Below are positions 1 to 11,957 of a stretch of 64,000 bases of DNA, one piece after another (position 1 is the first letter of the stretch; each line of letters opens with the position of its first letter). The stretch is from Blepharisma stoltei ATCC 30299 (lineage: Eukaryota > Protista > Ciliophora), in contig CBFDEM010000053.1 in assembly GCA_965603825.1 (NCBI GenBank), positions 1,426,001 to 1,490,000 of the forward strand. The letters are read 5' to 3'. Both the position numbers and the translations under genes were made by a program. The notes under the pieces are model-generated. The model was not told where the DNA came from and ran no database searches. It was given only the letters and a program-made list of their open reading frames with translations.

Positions 1-1
1 A

Positions 2-724
2 GAGGGGACTTATTGGGAAAAATGTTCATTTACTATAGAAAAAATCGTCCTTTTTATGTTTCTGTGGGTATGCTATATGAAAGACAATGAAGTCGCGCAG
101 CTGCTGGATGTAACTCCTTCTTGCATCTCCAAGCTATCAAGAAAGCTGAGGAAACTCGTGGTAAGTGACTTTCTCTCATCATTCACACCATTTACAGGCG
201 TAGTCGAAATAGGAACCATAAACTTTGTCCGCAGAAAAATAGAAATTGGGAAAGGAAAAACTCCTCAAAAATGAATTATGATTCTCTTCGAAAGAGGCAG
301 CAAAAACTGCTATATAGAATGTTTGCCAAGAAGAAGCCCAGAATATATTGTCCCTATAATCCAAAAGCGCTGCGAAGTAGGGACTGTTGTGATTACTGAT
401 AAGCTGGGCTGTTACGGAAGACTAGAAGACTATGGATTCCCACACTATCAGCTTGACAAATCAAGAGGATTCGAAGACCCTGACAATAAATTCATCCACC
501 ATAATAACCTCAATAATATTTGACTTTGGACGAAATATGATATAAAAAATAGATACAGGACAGCTCCATTTTTGCAAGAACTTTTATTTGAATGGGTATG
601 GAGAAGAGCACATAGGATGAATATGGCCAGGTCAGAGTTTCCAATGGAGAGCATGGCGATTTTTCAAAGCCTGATTGAACTGATCAAGAAAAAGCAAGCT
701 CAAAAAGAAATTTTATTAGATTAA
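2..724 (+). mobile_element. IS1595/ISXO2 (Merlin-like) DDE transposase-derived CDS, 5'-truncated by the window edge, with a degenerate catalytic triad
   Basis: One frame from nt 2 to TAA 722-724 when TGA 272-274 and 521-523 are read as Trp. Translation: EGTYWEKCSFTIEKIVLFMFLW..VAQLLDV..VVEIGT..KWIMILFER..IVPIIQKRCEVGTVVITDKLGCY..FEDPDNKFIHHNNLNNIW..LFEWVWR. This follows the ISXO2 motif order (VEIDE, WV.G..ER, I.TD...Y, HTN.IE..W, EF.WR). Confidence 0.8.
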
Positions 725-910
725 CTATAGTGTTTAAATTAGCACAGGGTATGCAATGATCCACACATAAAAATGTCGATTTTTTTATAATTTAATATTT
801 GAATATCGTATTTACAAGCTTATAGCAGAGGCTTAATGTGATTAATTATCTTTGTGATTTTCTATGATAATATATATAAGAAAAGATTTAAGCTTGGCGA
901 GATAATTAAT

Positions 911-3514
911 ATGGTAAAGAGTTTAGTCCTTCTTCTCTTTACATTACTCAGCCTAGCATGTGCCATCAACAATAAATTCCTTGCAGATAAAATTCTTTCA
1001 GCTGATGGAAACCCGTATGTGGTTACTAAAGTTACTACTTCCACATATGGGATTGTTGCATTAGCTCAACTCTCCTTAACCAGTTATCAAGCAGCTTCGG
1101 AACAAGTCATCCAGAGCCTCACAATCTCAATTCAATTCGACACTAATACTCGAGTTAGAGTCAAAATCACTGATACTGATAATGAAAGGTGGGAAGTTCC
1201 TATATCAATCCCCTCTTATACTCCATCAGGGCAAAATCTTCAATACACGATTTCTCCTATAGTGGAAGGCCCTCTCTCTATACAAATTACAAGAAATTTA
1301 GACAAAAAGGTTGTCTTTAACTTAAACCCAGCTCAGCCATTCTTCTATAATAATCAAGATATAGGATTTTCTAATTATGTAGGATATCCTATAAGTGTTA
1401 TAGGGCTCGGCGAAAGAGTTTCAACTTTTGTGCTGGCTCAAGGAACTTATACTCTATATTCACGTGACAGAGGTTCACCTATCGATACCGGAAGTACGCC
1501 GGACTCAAATATGTATAGTTCTCAGCCATTTTACCTTGCAATTGACGATGACCTCGCTGCTCATGGAGCTTTATTGCTGAACTCCAATGCGATGTCAGCA
1601 ACAGTTGGGGAAAATTATGTTGAGTTTAGAACTACTGGAGGAATTATTGATTTCTATGTATTCGTTGGCCCAGAGCCAGAAGCCGTGATAAATCAGTATC
1701 ATGACCTCATTGGCTATCCCGTTTTAACTCCTTGGTGGGGCTTAGGATGGCACCAATGCCGATACGGATTCCAAAACATTTCGGTTGTTGAAGAAGTTAC
1801 CAATGATTACACTTACTATGACATTCCTCTAGATGTCATGTGGATTGATATCGACTATATGAACGAATTCCAAGATTTCACATTAAATCCTGTAACCTAC
1901 CCTCAAGCAAACTTCACAAAATGGATAAACCAGCTCCACTCATCGAACAAGCATTTTGTTCCTATTACAGACGCAGGAATTGGTGTAAATCCATCATATC
2001 AAGCCTATTTGGATGGATTGAAGCAAAATGTTTATATTCAAAGCGCTTACGTTTCTGGGCCCACTCAAGGTGTAGTTTGGCCAGGAACTTCAGTATTTGT
2101 TGACTTTTTCCACCCAAATTCTACCAATTTTTGGTTTAACCAGATCCTGAAATTTGAAAAATTGACCTCTTTTTCAGGAATTTGGATTGATATGAACGAA
2201 GCCAGTAATTTTATTAACGGAGAAGTTGGGCATTCCCCCTCAATTATTACCAACCTAACTATGCCTTATACTCCAGGGGAAGATGTCAATATGAGATCAT
2301 TAGATGTAGCTTCTAAGCACTATGGAGGTTTACTTGAATATGATGTCCACAGCTTATTCGGGTTTACAGAAACAATAGCCACTTATAGATATTTTGAAGT
2401 CTATAATCTGAGGCCTTTTATTATCACTAGAAGCAGCTTTGTAGGAACTGGAAGATATGCAGGCAAATGGTCAGGGGACAATAAATCATTATGGCCATTC
2501 TTGGAATACTCTATTACTGGGATTTATAATTTTGGTATGTTTGGTATACCGTTTTCTGGAGCAGATATTTGTGGATTTCAGCTTAATACGACTGAAGAAA
2601 TGTGCGCGAGATGGACTCAGCTTGGAACTTTGTACCCATTTTCGAGGAATCACAACGGGATTGATAGTATTGACCAATATCCGTGGTCATTTGGTTCAGA
2701 TCTATTAGAAACTTCAAAGTTGGCGATCAGGAATAAATATTGGCTGATGCTTTATTTTTCTACTGAAATGTTCAAAGTAAGCCAAAATGGAGGAATTTTC
2801 TTTAAACCAGCATTTTTTGAGTATCCTGATGATGCTAACTTATTAAATAATAGCTCAGAGCATTTCATGCTTGGAAAAGGACTTATTGTGCATCCTTGCT
2901 TATGGGAAGGAATTGATGGTAGAGTTTCATATTTCCCAGACGATATTTGGTATAATCTTTATAATGGGAATAAAACTATATTAGATGCGCAAAATTCGGT
3001 GTATCTAGATATGACACTTCCAGGAGATATTCCTATTCATGTCAGAGGTGGGCATATAATTCCTACTTTGGACACTTCTAAGACTGTTCTTGATGTCGAA
3101 ACACTTAGAAAATCTCCTATTACTCTTATTGTTGCTCTAGATCAAAATGGAAAAGCTCAAGGAGATGTTGTTTTCGATGATGGTGTTTCATTGGACACAT
3201 TAAGTAGAGGCCATTACACTCAAATTCACTATAATTACTGGAACAAAAACGCAACGACAACAGTTTTAACTATTCAAACAGTTCATAGGGGATATAAGAT
3301 GATTCAAGGGGAATTTCCATATATTTCGAGTATTGTAATATATGGCATCAATAGAAAACCTCAGAGTGTCATATTTTATAGCGGAGGGACTTACACTCCA
3401 TTATCTGCATCTATAAGTCTAGATGTTGGAGACTCAGTTTGCACTATCTGGTTTTCTTCCCAAATATCTCCAGACCGTTATGATGGCTTTATCTTTAATT
3501 TCGGTTCTCAATAA
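911..3514 (+). CDS. Secreted/lysosomal alpha-glucosidase, glycoside hydrolase family 31
   Basis: Signal peptide from ATG 911 (MVKSLVLLLFTLLSLACA). GH31 motifs WIDIDYM, catalytic WIDMNE, WSGDN, GADICGF and YPFSRNHN. Confidence 0.93.
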   Translation: MVKSLVLLLFTLLSLACAINNKFLADKILSADGNPYVVTKVTTSTYGIVALAQLSLTSYQAASEQVIQSLTISIQFDTNTRVRVKITDTDNERWEVPISIPSYTPSGQNLQYTISPIVEGPLSIQITRNLDKKVVFNLNPAQPFFYNNQDIGFSNYVGYPISVIGLGERVSTFVLAQGTYTLYSRDRGSPIDTGSTPDSNMYSSQPFYLAIDDDLAAHGALLLNSNAMSATVGENYVEFRTTGGIIDFYVFVGPEPEAVINQYHDLIGYPVLTPWWGLGWHQCRYGFQNISVVEEVTNDYTYYDIPLDVMWIDIDYMNEFQDFTLNPVTYPQANFTKWINQLHSSNKHFVPITDAGIGVNPSYQAYLDGLKQNVYIQSAYVSGPTQGVVWPGTSVFVDFFHPNSTNFWFNQILKFEKLTSFSGIWIDMNEASNFINGEVGHSPSIITNLTMPYTPGEDVNMRSLDVASKHYGGLLEYDVHSLFGFTETIATYRYFEVYNLRPFIITRSSFVGTGRYAGKWSGDNKSLWPFLEYSITGIYNFGMFGIPFSGADICGFQLNTTEEMCARWTQLGTLYPFSRNHNGIDSIDQYPWSFGSDLLETSKLAIRNKYWLMLYFSTEMFKVSQNGGIFFKPAFFEYPDDANLLNNSSEHFMLGKGLIVHPCLWEGIDGRVSYFPDDIWYNLYNGNKTILDAQNSVYLDMTLPGDIPIHVRGGHIIPTLDTSKTVLDVETLRKSPITLIVALDQNGKAQGDVVFDDGVSLDTLSRGHYTQIHYNYWNKNATTTVLTIQTVHRGYKMIQGEFPYISSIVIYGINRKPQSVIFYSGGTYTPLSASISLDVGDSVCTIWFSSQISPDRYDGFIFNFGSQ

Positions 3515-3615
3515 ACCATAATTAATCGCAGTTAAAATTAAATAATCTTTCTTACTTTATTTATTAGAATAAAAATCCATATTAGTATAATAATTAAACA
3601 TTAATTTCAAACTCT

Positions 3616-4242
3616 CTACAATTTTTCGAATCTCCTTTTTTTTGTCGTCTCTGCTGTACTTTCTATAATTTCATCCACAATGGAATTATAGTCAACCTCA
3701 TCTTCGCTTACTTCAATTTTAATTTCTGTATAGCTTAAATCGCTATAATTGGAATTGATTTCGTATAAATCTACATTTATAAAATTCTGGAATTTTTCAA
3801 TTCATCGGATATATCTGTCAAGGCTTCATTCAGGCTCATCTTCAAGATGTAATAAGATTTCTTCAGTATTGTCATTCAATAAGCATTTAGCTGCGTATGC
3901 AGAAAATAGTAAGCTTTCTCTTAGTCTTGAATCTGATATTTGCCATGCAAATCTCCTCAAATAAATTTCCCAAAGTGCAATCTCTATATCAGAAAGGCAT
4001 AATAACTGATGAATATTTGCAACGATTGAAAAAACAGCTTCAAAGGAAAAGCTTATTACTGAGCTTCCTATCCTTGACAGCTTGACTAAAAAAAGATACG
4101 TTTTATGGCTCAAGCCTGTACTTGAAATCGAGTATTTTTGCCTCAAATAATCTTCAGAAAGCATTCTAGGAGAAGATTGTTGATAAAAATAAATGAAACT
4201 TGAGCATGTTTCTTGCCCTTCTGAGTCATAATCAATCTCCAT
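3616..4242 (-). CDS. Hypothetical protein (208 aa) with possible cyclin-like fold
   Basis: ORF 3826..4242 reads through two TGA codons to TAG at 3616-3618. EIALWEIYLRR..LLFSAYAAKCLLND weakly resembles PHO80-type cyclin box helices. Confidence 0.6.
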
Positions 4243-4564
4243 TTTATTATAAGCAAATTTTATTGATAATTTGAATGGAAATTATAAGAAATGAAATTCT
4301 TGATTCAGAAAACCAAGGAAATGTTTAATGCACATTTAGCATAACATTTTATATTTATTTAATAATTCTCTCATTCTAGAGAGTAAAAATCTAATCAATT
4401 ATTTTTCCAACATAATAAGGCTATCTATCTCTGTAAAATTGCTAAGATATTATTTTTTATGTGTGTAATTAATTTAATATAAAATATCTTCGAAATTTTA
4501 AAATTGTCTTTACTCCAGAATTTTACAATTAAAATTTAAGAATAAAATATTATCTGGCATAGAA

Positions 4565-6001
4565 ATGATTAGAAGACTGACTTTTCTTAGAACTCAAAGA
4601 TGTGAATTGCTTCGATTTTTCTCGTCAAGTAAAGATACTGAGAGCTTAAAAAAGCAATTTGTAAAGCTTGCTGAAGAAATGAACTTGAATATCGCAACAG
4701 ATACTAAAAGTAATGACGAAATCAAAATGAAAGATCAAATTAAGATGACCGAAGACCTTAAGGCGCAATTTAAAGGTATAAAAGAAGATCTCTCTAAGCA
4801 AACAGGGCAAGCCAAAACAGCCCAAGAAAGGTTAAAAGAATCTTTCCAAAATTTCAGTATGCCTAAATTTTCAATGCCAGATTTTTCAAAGTGAAAAAAC
4901 CCTATACAGCCTGACAAAATATCCGAAATACAGCCAGAAAAGGAAGAAGCTAAACCAAATGAAAACTTAAGCCAAAGCACACAAGAGGCATCAGGATCTG
5001 AAAATATTAAAAAAGATGAAGAAATTCCAAAGCCAGCTAAAACTCCTTATTATGAAAAGTACCCTAAACTGAAATTCTTACACATAACAACCAGTTACAT
5101 AAAAGATGCAATAAAAGAAACATTTCCGGACCAAGAATACAAAATAAATTTAATGAAAGAAAATGCTAGGATCCAAAAAGAAAAAGAAGAAGAGCTGAAG
5201 AAATGGCTAGAAGAACACCCAGGCGACGAAAATATTCCAGAATGGAAAAAAGGTGCTCTTTCAGTTGCCCAGAAAAAAAGGACAAAGTGAGAAAAAATAA
5301 AGGACAGTGTAATTGGATCGAAAATTGGGTCAAAAGTATCAGAATCGACACAAACGATACTAAAGCAGGACTCTGTTAAAAAAGCAAAGGAAAATATTCA
5401 GGATATTAAAGAAGGAATACAATCCATAGGACTTGATATAAAAGATTCCATCCAAATGTCAGACAGTCGGCTTGTTCAATCTGGTAGAGAACTTCTTAGC
5501 CAAGCAGCAGTAGAATCAGCCCAAGCCAAGGCTGTAAAGGTATTCCGAGCATATGACCCAGATTTTGACATCTACCAGCTAGAAAATGATCTCGAACACA
5601 TAGTTGTTGATTTCTATCAACAATTCCTTGACCTCAACAAAGAATATGTGCAAAAAATCACAGAAGGTCCTGCACGCGAATTCTTGATGAAAATTCTTGC
5701 TAATAAATCAGAAGGGTTAGACTATAAGCAAGAAGTTTACGAGGTTACAAGGCCAGTATTTTTAGGGGTAAATCTTGAGGAAAAACAAAACCCAAGACTT
5801 AGCTTTAGCTGTACAGTAAAATATTCTGGAGGCAATAATTCACAAGATAAAGAAGCGAGAATTTCAAGAGTGAAAAGCCACAAAGTAAACTATTTCTTTA
5901 TGATTTCAAGACACCCTGAGCCTGATTTTGAAACTTATGGGCATCCGTGGCAATTTCTTGTATTTCAGCCTTCAGATGACCAGCTGAGACTTGGTGGTTA
6001 A
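4565..6001 (+). CDS. Mitochondrial Tim44-like protein (478 aa)
   Basis: ORFs 4565 and 5456 share a frame and join through TGA 4892-4894 and 5288-5290 with no TAA/TAG. Arg/Ser-rich presequence, coiled coil, and a Tim44-type C-domain (YDPDFDI..LE..IV..YQ..HPW). Confidence 0.75.
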
Positions 6002-6101
6002 TTATATAAAATTGCTTTCATGATATAAGTTATTTTTTATCTATATAAGTCCCCATATTTTTACTTAAATCTTCATGTTTATTTAGGCGGTAATAATAAA
6101 A

Positions 6102-9100
6102 ATGCATATCAAGCAGATCATCATCAAAGGTTTCAAGACCTACCGAGAACAAGTCGTGGTTGGCCCTCTCTCTGCAAAAGATAATGTCTTCGTTGGGCTC
6201 AATGGTCACGGCAAGTCTAACTTCTTCAACGCCATCATGTTTGTATTTTCCGACAAGTTCTCTAATATCCGCAACGAAGACAAAATTCGCTTAATCCACG
6301 AAGGAGCAGCAGAAGCAGTAAATACAGCCTCAGTTGAAATAATCCTTGATAACTCTGATGGGAGATTGCCAGTCGATAAAACCACTGTTTCGATCAAGCG
6401 TATCCTAAAGTCAAATAAAGACGAATATTTCATAGATGCTAAGCACGTCACTAAAGGAGATGTCAGCAATTTGTTGGAAAGTGCAGGATTTTCTAAAGCG
6501 AACCCTTATTATGTTGTCCAGCAAGGGCGCGTTGCAAGCTTGGCCGCCATGAACGAAACCCAGTGTTTAGAGCTGCTTAAAGAAGTAGCTGGAACTATTG
6601 TGTATGACGAAAGAAAAGGAGAAAGCGAAAAACTACTTGAAGAAACCAAGAGGAAAAGAGACAAAATCAAAGAAATCATGGGAAGGATTGAAGACAGGAT
6701 GAGAGAGCTGGAGTCTGAGAGTGATGAGCTTAAAAGATACCAACAAATTGAAAAAACGAGAAGGGCACTGGAGTATATTTTATATAAAAACCACGTACTA
6801 AAATCACAAGAACAAATCGAAGCTATCGACCTATCACAAAATGACTTACTTGACAAAATAAATAACCTCAAATTAAATAAAAATACTTTACAAGAGCAAC
6901 TTGATACGTATGAAGCAGAGCTAGCTAATAAAGCAGGCATGGTTCAAAAAAACCAATTGTCACTGCAGTCTTTAGAAGAAACAACGTCTAATTTTCATAA
7001 CCAAAAAATCCAGCTTGAAAATCAAATTCATTCGCTAAAAGAAAGGCATAGCAATATTGGGCTGGAGCACCAGAAAATTGAAAAAGAACTAAAATTTATT
7101 GCAGAAGAGAGGAAAAAAGTAGAAAAAATAGTCCAAGAATTAAGGCCCAGGTTTGAAGAGCTAAAAGAAGAAGAGCAAAAATTAATGGGGAACTTGCAGT
7201 TTAAACAGAGAAGAAAAGACCAATTATTCGCAAAACAAGGGTCAGTTATAAGATTTAAATCAATTGAAGACAGAAATAAATTTTTAAGCAGCGAAATTCA
7301 AGCATTGGAGGAGCATAGAAACGAAATCAAAGAACAAGAAGCAGCCATTGAAAGGGTGCTAAAAAATGATAGAAAAAGGGTCAAAGATATTGAAGGCAAC
7401 TTACCAATGATTGAAGAACAAATTCAAGAAGAAAAGGACAAAATGTCAAAATACGTGGATGAGTTAGGAAATATCAAGCAATCCCGAGCAAAAAATGCAG
7501 TTGAAATAAACAAATTGAGAGGAGAAGAAGAAGCTCTGAATAGTCAAAAAGAGCAAACTGAATTGAAAATTGCACAAGCCTCACACCGCTTACAAATTCT
7601 TCTTCCAGGTCAGTTGTTTTCTACTTTAGAAAAATTAAAAACCGAATGCGCAAACTTGCCAGGGTATTTTGGAATCTTACTTGACCACATCACTTTTTCC
7701 CAAAAATTCCAAACATGTGCAGACATCGCAAGCAAGCTTAAATGCTTCGCGATAATTGTGGATACCTTTGAAACAGCCAAACAAGTTTTAGACATCAATG
7801 CAAGAATTGGTGGAGAACGAATCAACATTTACCCTGCAGAATGGCTACATGAACTAAACATAAAAGATCGCGTTTACCCTTCTGGCTCTGACTCTATCCC
7901 CCTTGTAAAACAAATAAAAATCAAAGAAGGAGCTCCATTAGATTTGATGCCAATAATAAAATATATATTCGGTAAAACCTTGCTAGTCAGAAATCAAGAC
8001 GTCGCTAACCGTTATGCAAAGGAATATAGACTGCATTGCGTGACGCCTGATGGACAAATGGTTTATTCAGGCGCGTATATGGTGAGGGCTGGCTTCCATG
8101 ATATTAAAAAAGAAAGAATTAGGGTATATGCAGACTTAAGCAAGCTAAAAGATGAGTTAAATGAAATCAGCCAAACTTTATACCAAATAAGGCTACAAAA
8201 GGATCAAAATCAGTCGCATGATACTGAACTGCAAAGGCAGACTCAGAATATTACTGCGCTTAAAGATGCAGCTAATAATAAGCTACAGGCCTTGAAAAAT
8301 ACTGAGCAATCGCTGGAGCAGGAAAAACTGGATCTTGCAAGGAAAATTTCTGAAAAAGAAAAGCTCGCAGAAATGTATGCAAAAGAAATAGCGATGCTTA
8401 ATGAAAACATACTGAATGCCCAAAATGATAGAGAAAAAAAGGAGGTGGGAGACCTAAGCAATGCAGAAATTAAAGAATTAGAAAGTCTACTTCATGATAT
8501 AGAAAACCTAGAAAAAGAAACCATGAATATTTCTAACCAAAGACTGGAAATCCAAAATCAGCTAGAGCAAGCTGAGCTAAAATTGACACAATTTATCCCA
8601 GAAAAAGAAAGAAAATTCAAAGAAAAACTGGAAGATTGCAATATATCGCAACAAGCCAGAGACAGAAAAGAACTTGAAGATGACCTTGCACATGTAAACA
8701 GACTTCTCGAAAGTTCTGAAGAGCAAGCCAAACAGGCTGCCCAAGAGCTTAAAACCTGCATCGCTCAATCCAGAGAACTCAGTGAGAACGCTAAAAAACT
8801 AAAAGACCAGCAGCAGCGCATCATGACAGAAGTCGCCGAAATGCAAATAAAAGCTGACAAAGCAAGCCTCAAGCATGCTCATTTACTTGAAATAAAAGAA
8901 GACTACCTCAAAAAAATGGGCTCACTAGGCTCTTTGCCAGCAGAAGAGCACGAGAAGTACCGCAACGAAAACCCTAAAGAGCTAATGCGGTGCTTAGAAG
9001 AAAACTCCCGAGAAATTCAAAAATATATGCATGTGAACAAACGAGCACTGGAACAATATACAAGGTTTACTGACAAAATCCAAGCTTTAAAAGAAAGAAT

Positions 9101-9686
9101 TGCAGATTTAGACTCTTCTGATAATGCAATTAAAGAGCTACTGACCCATCTGGATGGTGTTAAAGATGAGGCTATTATAAGAACATTTAGAAGCGTCGCT
9201 AAAAATTTTGGTGAAGTTTTCCACGAAATTGTCCCTCAAGGGAAAGGGAAGCTGAAGATGATAAAGGGGGAAGGAGAAGGGGTGGATAAATACATAGGGG
9301 TAAGTATTTCTGTAAGCTTCTCCAGAAATGATGAATCTGTATATAAAATGCAGCAGTTGTCTGGAGGCCAAAAAACTGCTGTAGCTATTGCCCTGATTAT
9401 TGCTATTCAAAGAGCTGATCCTGCACCATTTTACCTCTTTGACGAGCTTGATGCTGCTTTAGATACTCAGCTGCGAAACTCTTTAGCTGCATTAATAAAT
9501 AGGTCAGCTGATAAAGCGCAGTTTATCATGACTACTTTTAAGCCAGAACTCTGCAAAAATGCAGCAAAAATTTTTGAAGTGAAGTTCAAAAATAAAGCAA
9601 GTACTATCAGACAAATAGATAAGCCTAAAGCTTTAGAAATCATCCAGCAGGCAGCACAAGAGCCAAGGCCAAGCAATGCTCAATAA
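6102..9686 (+). CDS. SMC3: Cohesin subunit SMC3
   Basis: MHIKQIIIKGFKTY start, Walker A GLNGHGKSNFF, NPYYVVQQG, central hinge, signature LSGGQK, PAPFYLFDELDAALD and FIMTTFKPE. Confidence 0.96.
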   Translation: MHIKQIIIKGFKTYREQVVVGPLSAKDNVFVGLNGHGKSNFFNAIMFVFSDKFSNIRNEDKIRLIHEGAAEAVNTASVEIILDNSDGRLPVDKTTVSIKRILKSNKDEYFIDAKHVTKGDVSNLLESAGFSKANPYYVVQQGRVASLAAMNETQCLELLKEVAGTIVYDERKGESEKLLEETKRKRDKIKEIMGRIEDRMRELESESDELKRYQQIEKTRRALEYILYKNHVLKSQEQIEAIDLSQNDLLDKINNLKLNKNTLQEQLDTYEAELANKAGMVQKNQLSLQSLEETTSNFHNQKIQLENQIHSLKERHSNIGLEHQKIEKELKFIAEERKKVEKIVQELRPRFEELKEEEQKLMGNLQFKQRRKDQLFAKQGSVIRFKSIEDRNKFLSSEIQALEEHRNEIKEQEAAIERVLKNDRKRVKDIEGNLPMIEEQIQEEKDKMSKYVDELGNIKQSRAKNAVEINKLRGEEEALNSQKEQTELKIAQASHRLQILLPGQLFSTLEKLKTECANLPGYFGILLDHITFSQKFQTCADIASKLKCFAIIVDTFETAKQVLDINARIGGERINIYPAEWLHELNIKDRVYPSGSDSIPLVKQIKIKEGAPLDLMPIIKYIFGKTLLVRNQDVANRYAKEYRLHCVTPDGQMVYSGAYMVRAGFHDIKKERIRVYADLSKLKDELNEISQTLYQIRLQKDQNQSHDTELQRQTQNITALKDAANNKLQALKNTEQSLEQEKLDLARKISEKEKLAEMYAKEIAMLNENILNAQNDREKKEVGDLSNAEIKELESLLHDIENLEKETMNISNQRLEIQNQLEQAELKLTQFIPEKERKFKEKLEDCNISQQARDRKELEDDLAHVNRLLESSEEQAKQAAQELKTCIAQSRELSENAKKLKDQQQRIMTEVAEMQIKADKASLKHAHLLEIKEDYLKKMGSLGSLPAEEHEKYRNENPKELMRCLEENSREIQKYMHVNKRALEQYTRFTDKIQALKERIADLDSSDNAIKELLTHLDGVKDEAIIRTFRSVAKNFGEVFHEIVPQGKGKLKMIKGEGEGVDKYIGVSISVSFSRNDESVYKMQQLSGGQKTAVAIALIIAIQRADPAPFYLFDELDAALDTQLRNSLAALINRSADKAQFIMTTFKPELCKNAAKIFEVKFKNKASTIRQIDKPKALEIIQQAAQEPRPSNAQ

Positions 9687-9735
9687 TACTTAATTGATAA
9701 ATTTAATTACTTCTAATTTTGGCTGTTATAATAAT

Positions 9736-10494
9736 ATGAAAGGAAGTGAGAAGTTATATTCAAAAGATAAAGGAATCAAAAAGAATCTCACAATCGAAAG
9801 TGAAAGCGTTGATAAGGCAGAAAAGACAACAAACGAATCAATTGATTTAAGCAAGTAATCTCCATATAGACGTTTCGCTCAATCGGAAAATAAAGAAACT
9901 GAGCCAAGGAAAAAATCACCACCAAGAGTTAGCCCAGCACCAAAAGTGTTCCCGAATTTAATTAAACCGATAAATGAAAAAGCGTGGGAAGATAGCTCAA
10001 AAAGCAGCGCAAAGCAAGATACTTCTCAAGATGTCTCAAATGTGTCACAGCAGCCTTTAAAGACTTTATCAAATTCCCCAAGGCTTTCGAATCTTTCACC
10101 GAAACAGACAGAAAAAATTGAAATCAGCCAAAAACAGATCCCAGCTGTAAAGCAGAAGGTTATAAAAAGAAGACACTCGAAGTCAATTGGAGGTGAGCTG
10201 AAAAAACCGATAGAAGAGATCAAAATTAACTGAGAAAAAGATATGGAAAAATTAACCAAAGAAGAAATGTCCATTAAAAAGTCGCTAAATCAGCTTGACA
10301 TGAAGTTTAAAGCAATAAAATCAAAATCCACCAAAAGCCAGTCTCCATTGAAAATCGGTAAAGAAGATAAAGAACAAAAAGAAATCCAAAAATCGCTATT
10401 ACAGATTGATGCGCTGCTAAAAAGGATTTCTAATAAATACAAAGAAAAGCCTAATAAAAAGGTATCGCCTTCTCGAATCCTAAGAAAAGCTTAA
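9736..10494 (+). CDS. Hypothetical Lys/Ser-rich protein with one 15-nt intron
   Basis: ATG 9736 is in frame with ORFs 9946 and 10243. The in-frame TAA lies inside intron 9855-9869, and TGA 10231-10233 is read as Trp. Confidence 0.75.
9855..9869 (+). other. 15-nt spliceosomal intron
   Basis: gtaatctccAtatag; removal deletes an in-frame TAA. Confidence 0.8.
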
Positions 10495-10512
10495 TTGATT
10501 ATATACTTAAAA

Positions 10513-11943
10513 TTAATCTCTATTTGAAAGCTGCTGGTAAACTTTTTCAAGTTTGGATAGCTTTTTCTTCTTTTTGTCTAGCTTGGAATCTTTTTGATAT
10601 TTTTTATTAAACTTTGAGTCTTCTGCTTCTTTTTCTTTAATTTCTCTTAGTTTTTTCTTAATGCTTTGATCCATAGCTAAAGATTTTGCAGTCGCTTTTG
10701 GGGATATTTCAGAATTAGATCGAGGTGTATGAGGAGACTGCGATCTTCTGTCTTTCGGAGCTTGTGGCTGTTCAAAGTCTTGAGATAAATTTCTCTTTTT
10801 AGCTGGAAAATCTTCTTGAGGAGCTGAATCTTCTAAGTCTTTTAATGTTTTAGATAAAGGCGATAAAGGAGGCTTTGGTTTATTTATTTTCAGTTCATCT
10901 GGAGTTTTAAATCTTGGGGAATCAGGACCGTTGCTTTGGGAATCTATATTTGATATTTTACTTGATAAATTCTTTACTTCTATCTGTAATTCTTGCTGGG
11001 ATCTCAAATATTTCTTAACAAGCTCAGCAATTTTTTCAACTGTTGTATTTACCTTTGTAGTTATTTTTAGTTCAATTTCTTCTATATCGAAATGCCCTCG
11101 CTCAATTTTTTTTAAATCCTGACAATTGTTTTCAATGATTTTCCCAAGATCTTTAATAGATTTTTCACAGTCGTTTATTTTAATAGCACATTCTTCAACT
11201 AATTTTATACAATTTTTTTCCGATTTTCATAGAGACTCTGCAAGATTTTTTATTTCATGTTCTTTCTTGTCAAACTCTTTATCTATAAATCGTTTAAAGC
11301 TATCAAAACTTCCACTAGATTCGAGATCATGGACCCCAAAACTTGAAGTTCCTTTCGACTCTTCAAAAAGATCTGATTTTATACAATCCATAGCTTGCTC
11401 TATAATCCCTTTCATTTCTTTATGCCTTTCGTCATTTTCCTCTTTAACTTTCATAATAATTTTTAGTAATTTTTCTTCTGAATTTTTGATTTTTTCATTG
11501 CTTTTCTCACTTGTAAGAAAATCTTCCAGCTCTTCAATTCTTTTTTCCAGCTCTTGCATTTTACCTGAATCCACATGCAAATTGCTTCTAATATCGCTTA
11601 GCTTTGTGCTATGGTATCCTTCATTATTAGCAATCACTTCAACTCTTTTTTTCAATGTATTCAGATCATCTTCTTGATTTTCTGCATAATTCTGCTGGAG
11701 CTTCACAAGTCTTGTTAAATTAATTATTTTTTCTTCGTTAATTTTCAAAGCACCTTGTAAAGCTTCAATTTGGTCGTTTACTGTTTGGGAAGATATAGAA
11801 TTCTGAGACACTTTGTCAATCTGTGATTCTAAATGGGTTATATATGCTTTTTTATCTGTAGAATTTTCAGTGTTTTTTGGTGTGCTTTCGATTGATTTGT
11901 GCCGCTCTCGATATTTATCCCAATATTTAGAAACAGTCGACAT
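10513..11943 (-). CDS. Hypothetical coiled-coil protein (476 aa)
   Basis: ORFs 11227..11943 and 10513..11007 share a frame and are separated only by a TGA. Confidence 0.8.
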
Positions 11944-11957
11944 GAAATTAATAAAGA

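Noticed and set aside
724-910. Transposon terminal inverted repeat after the transposase
   Set aside because: No partner end is visible because the 5' side is outside the window, and the sequence looks like ordinary spacer. Neither presence nor absence can be shown.
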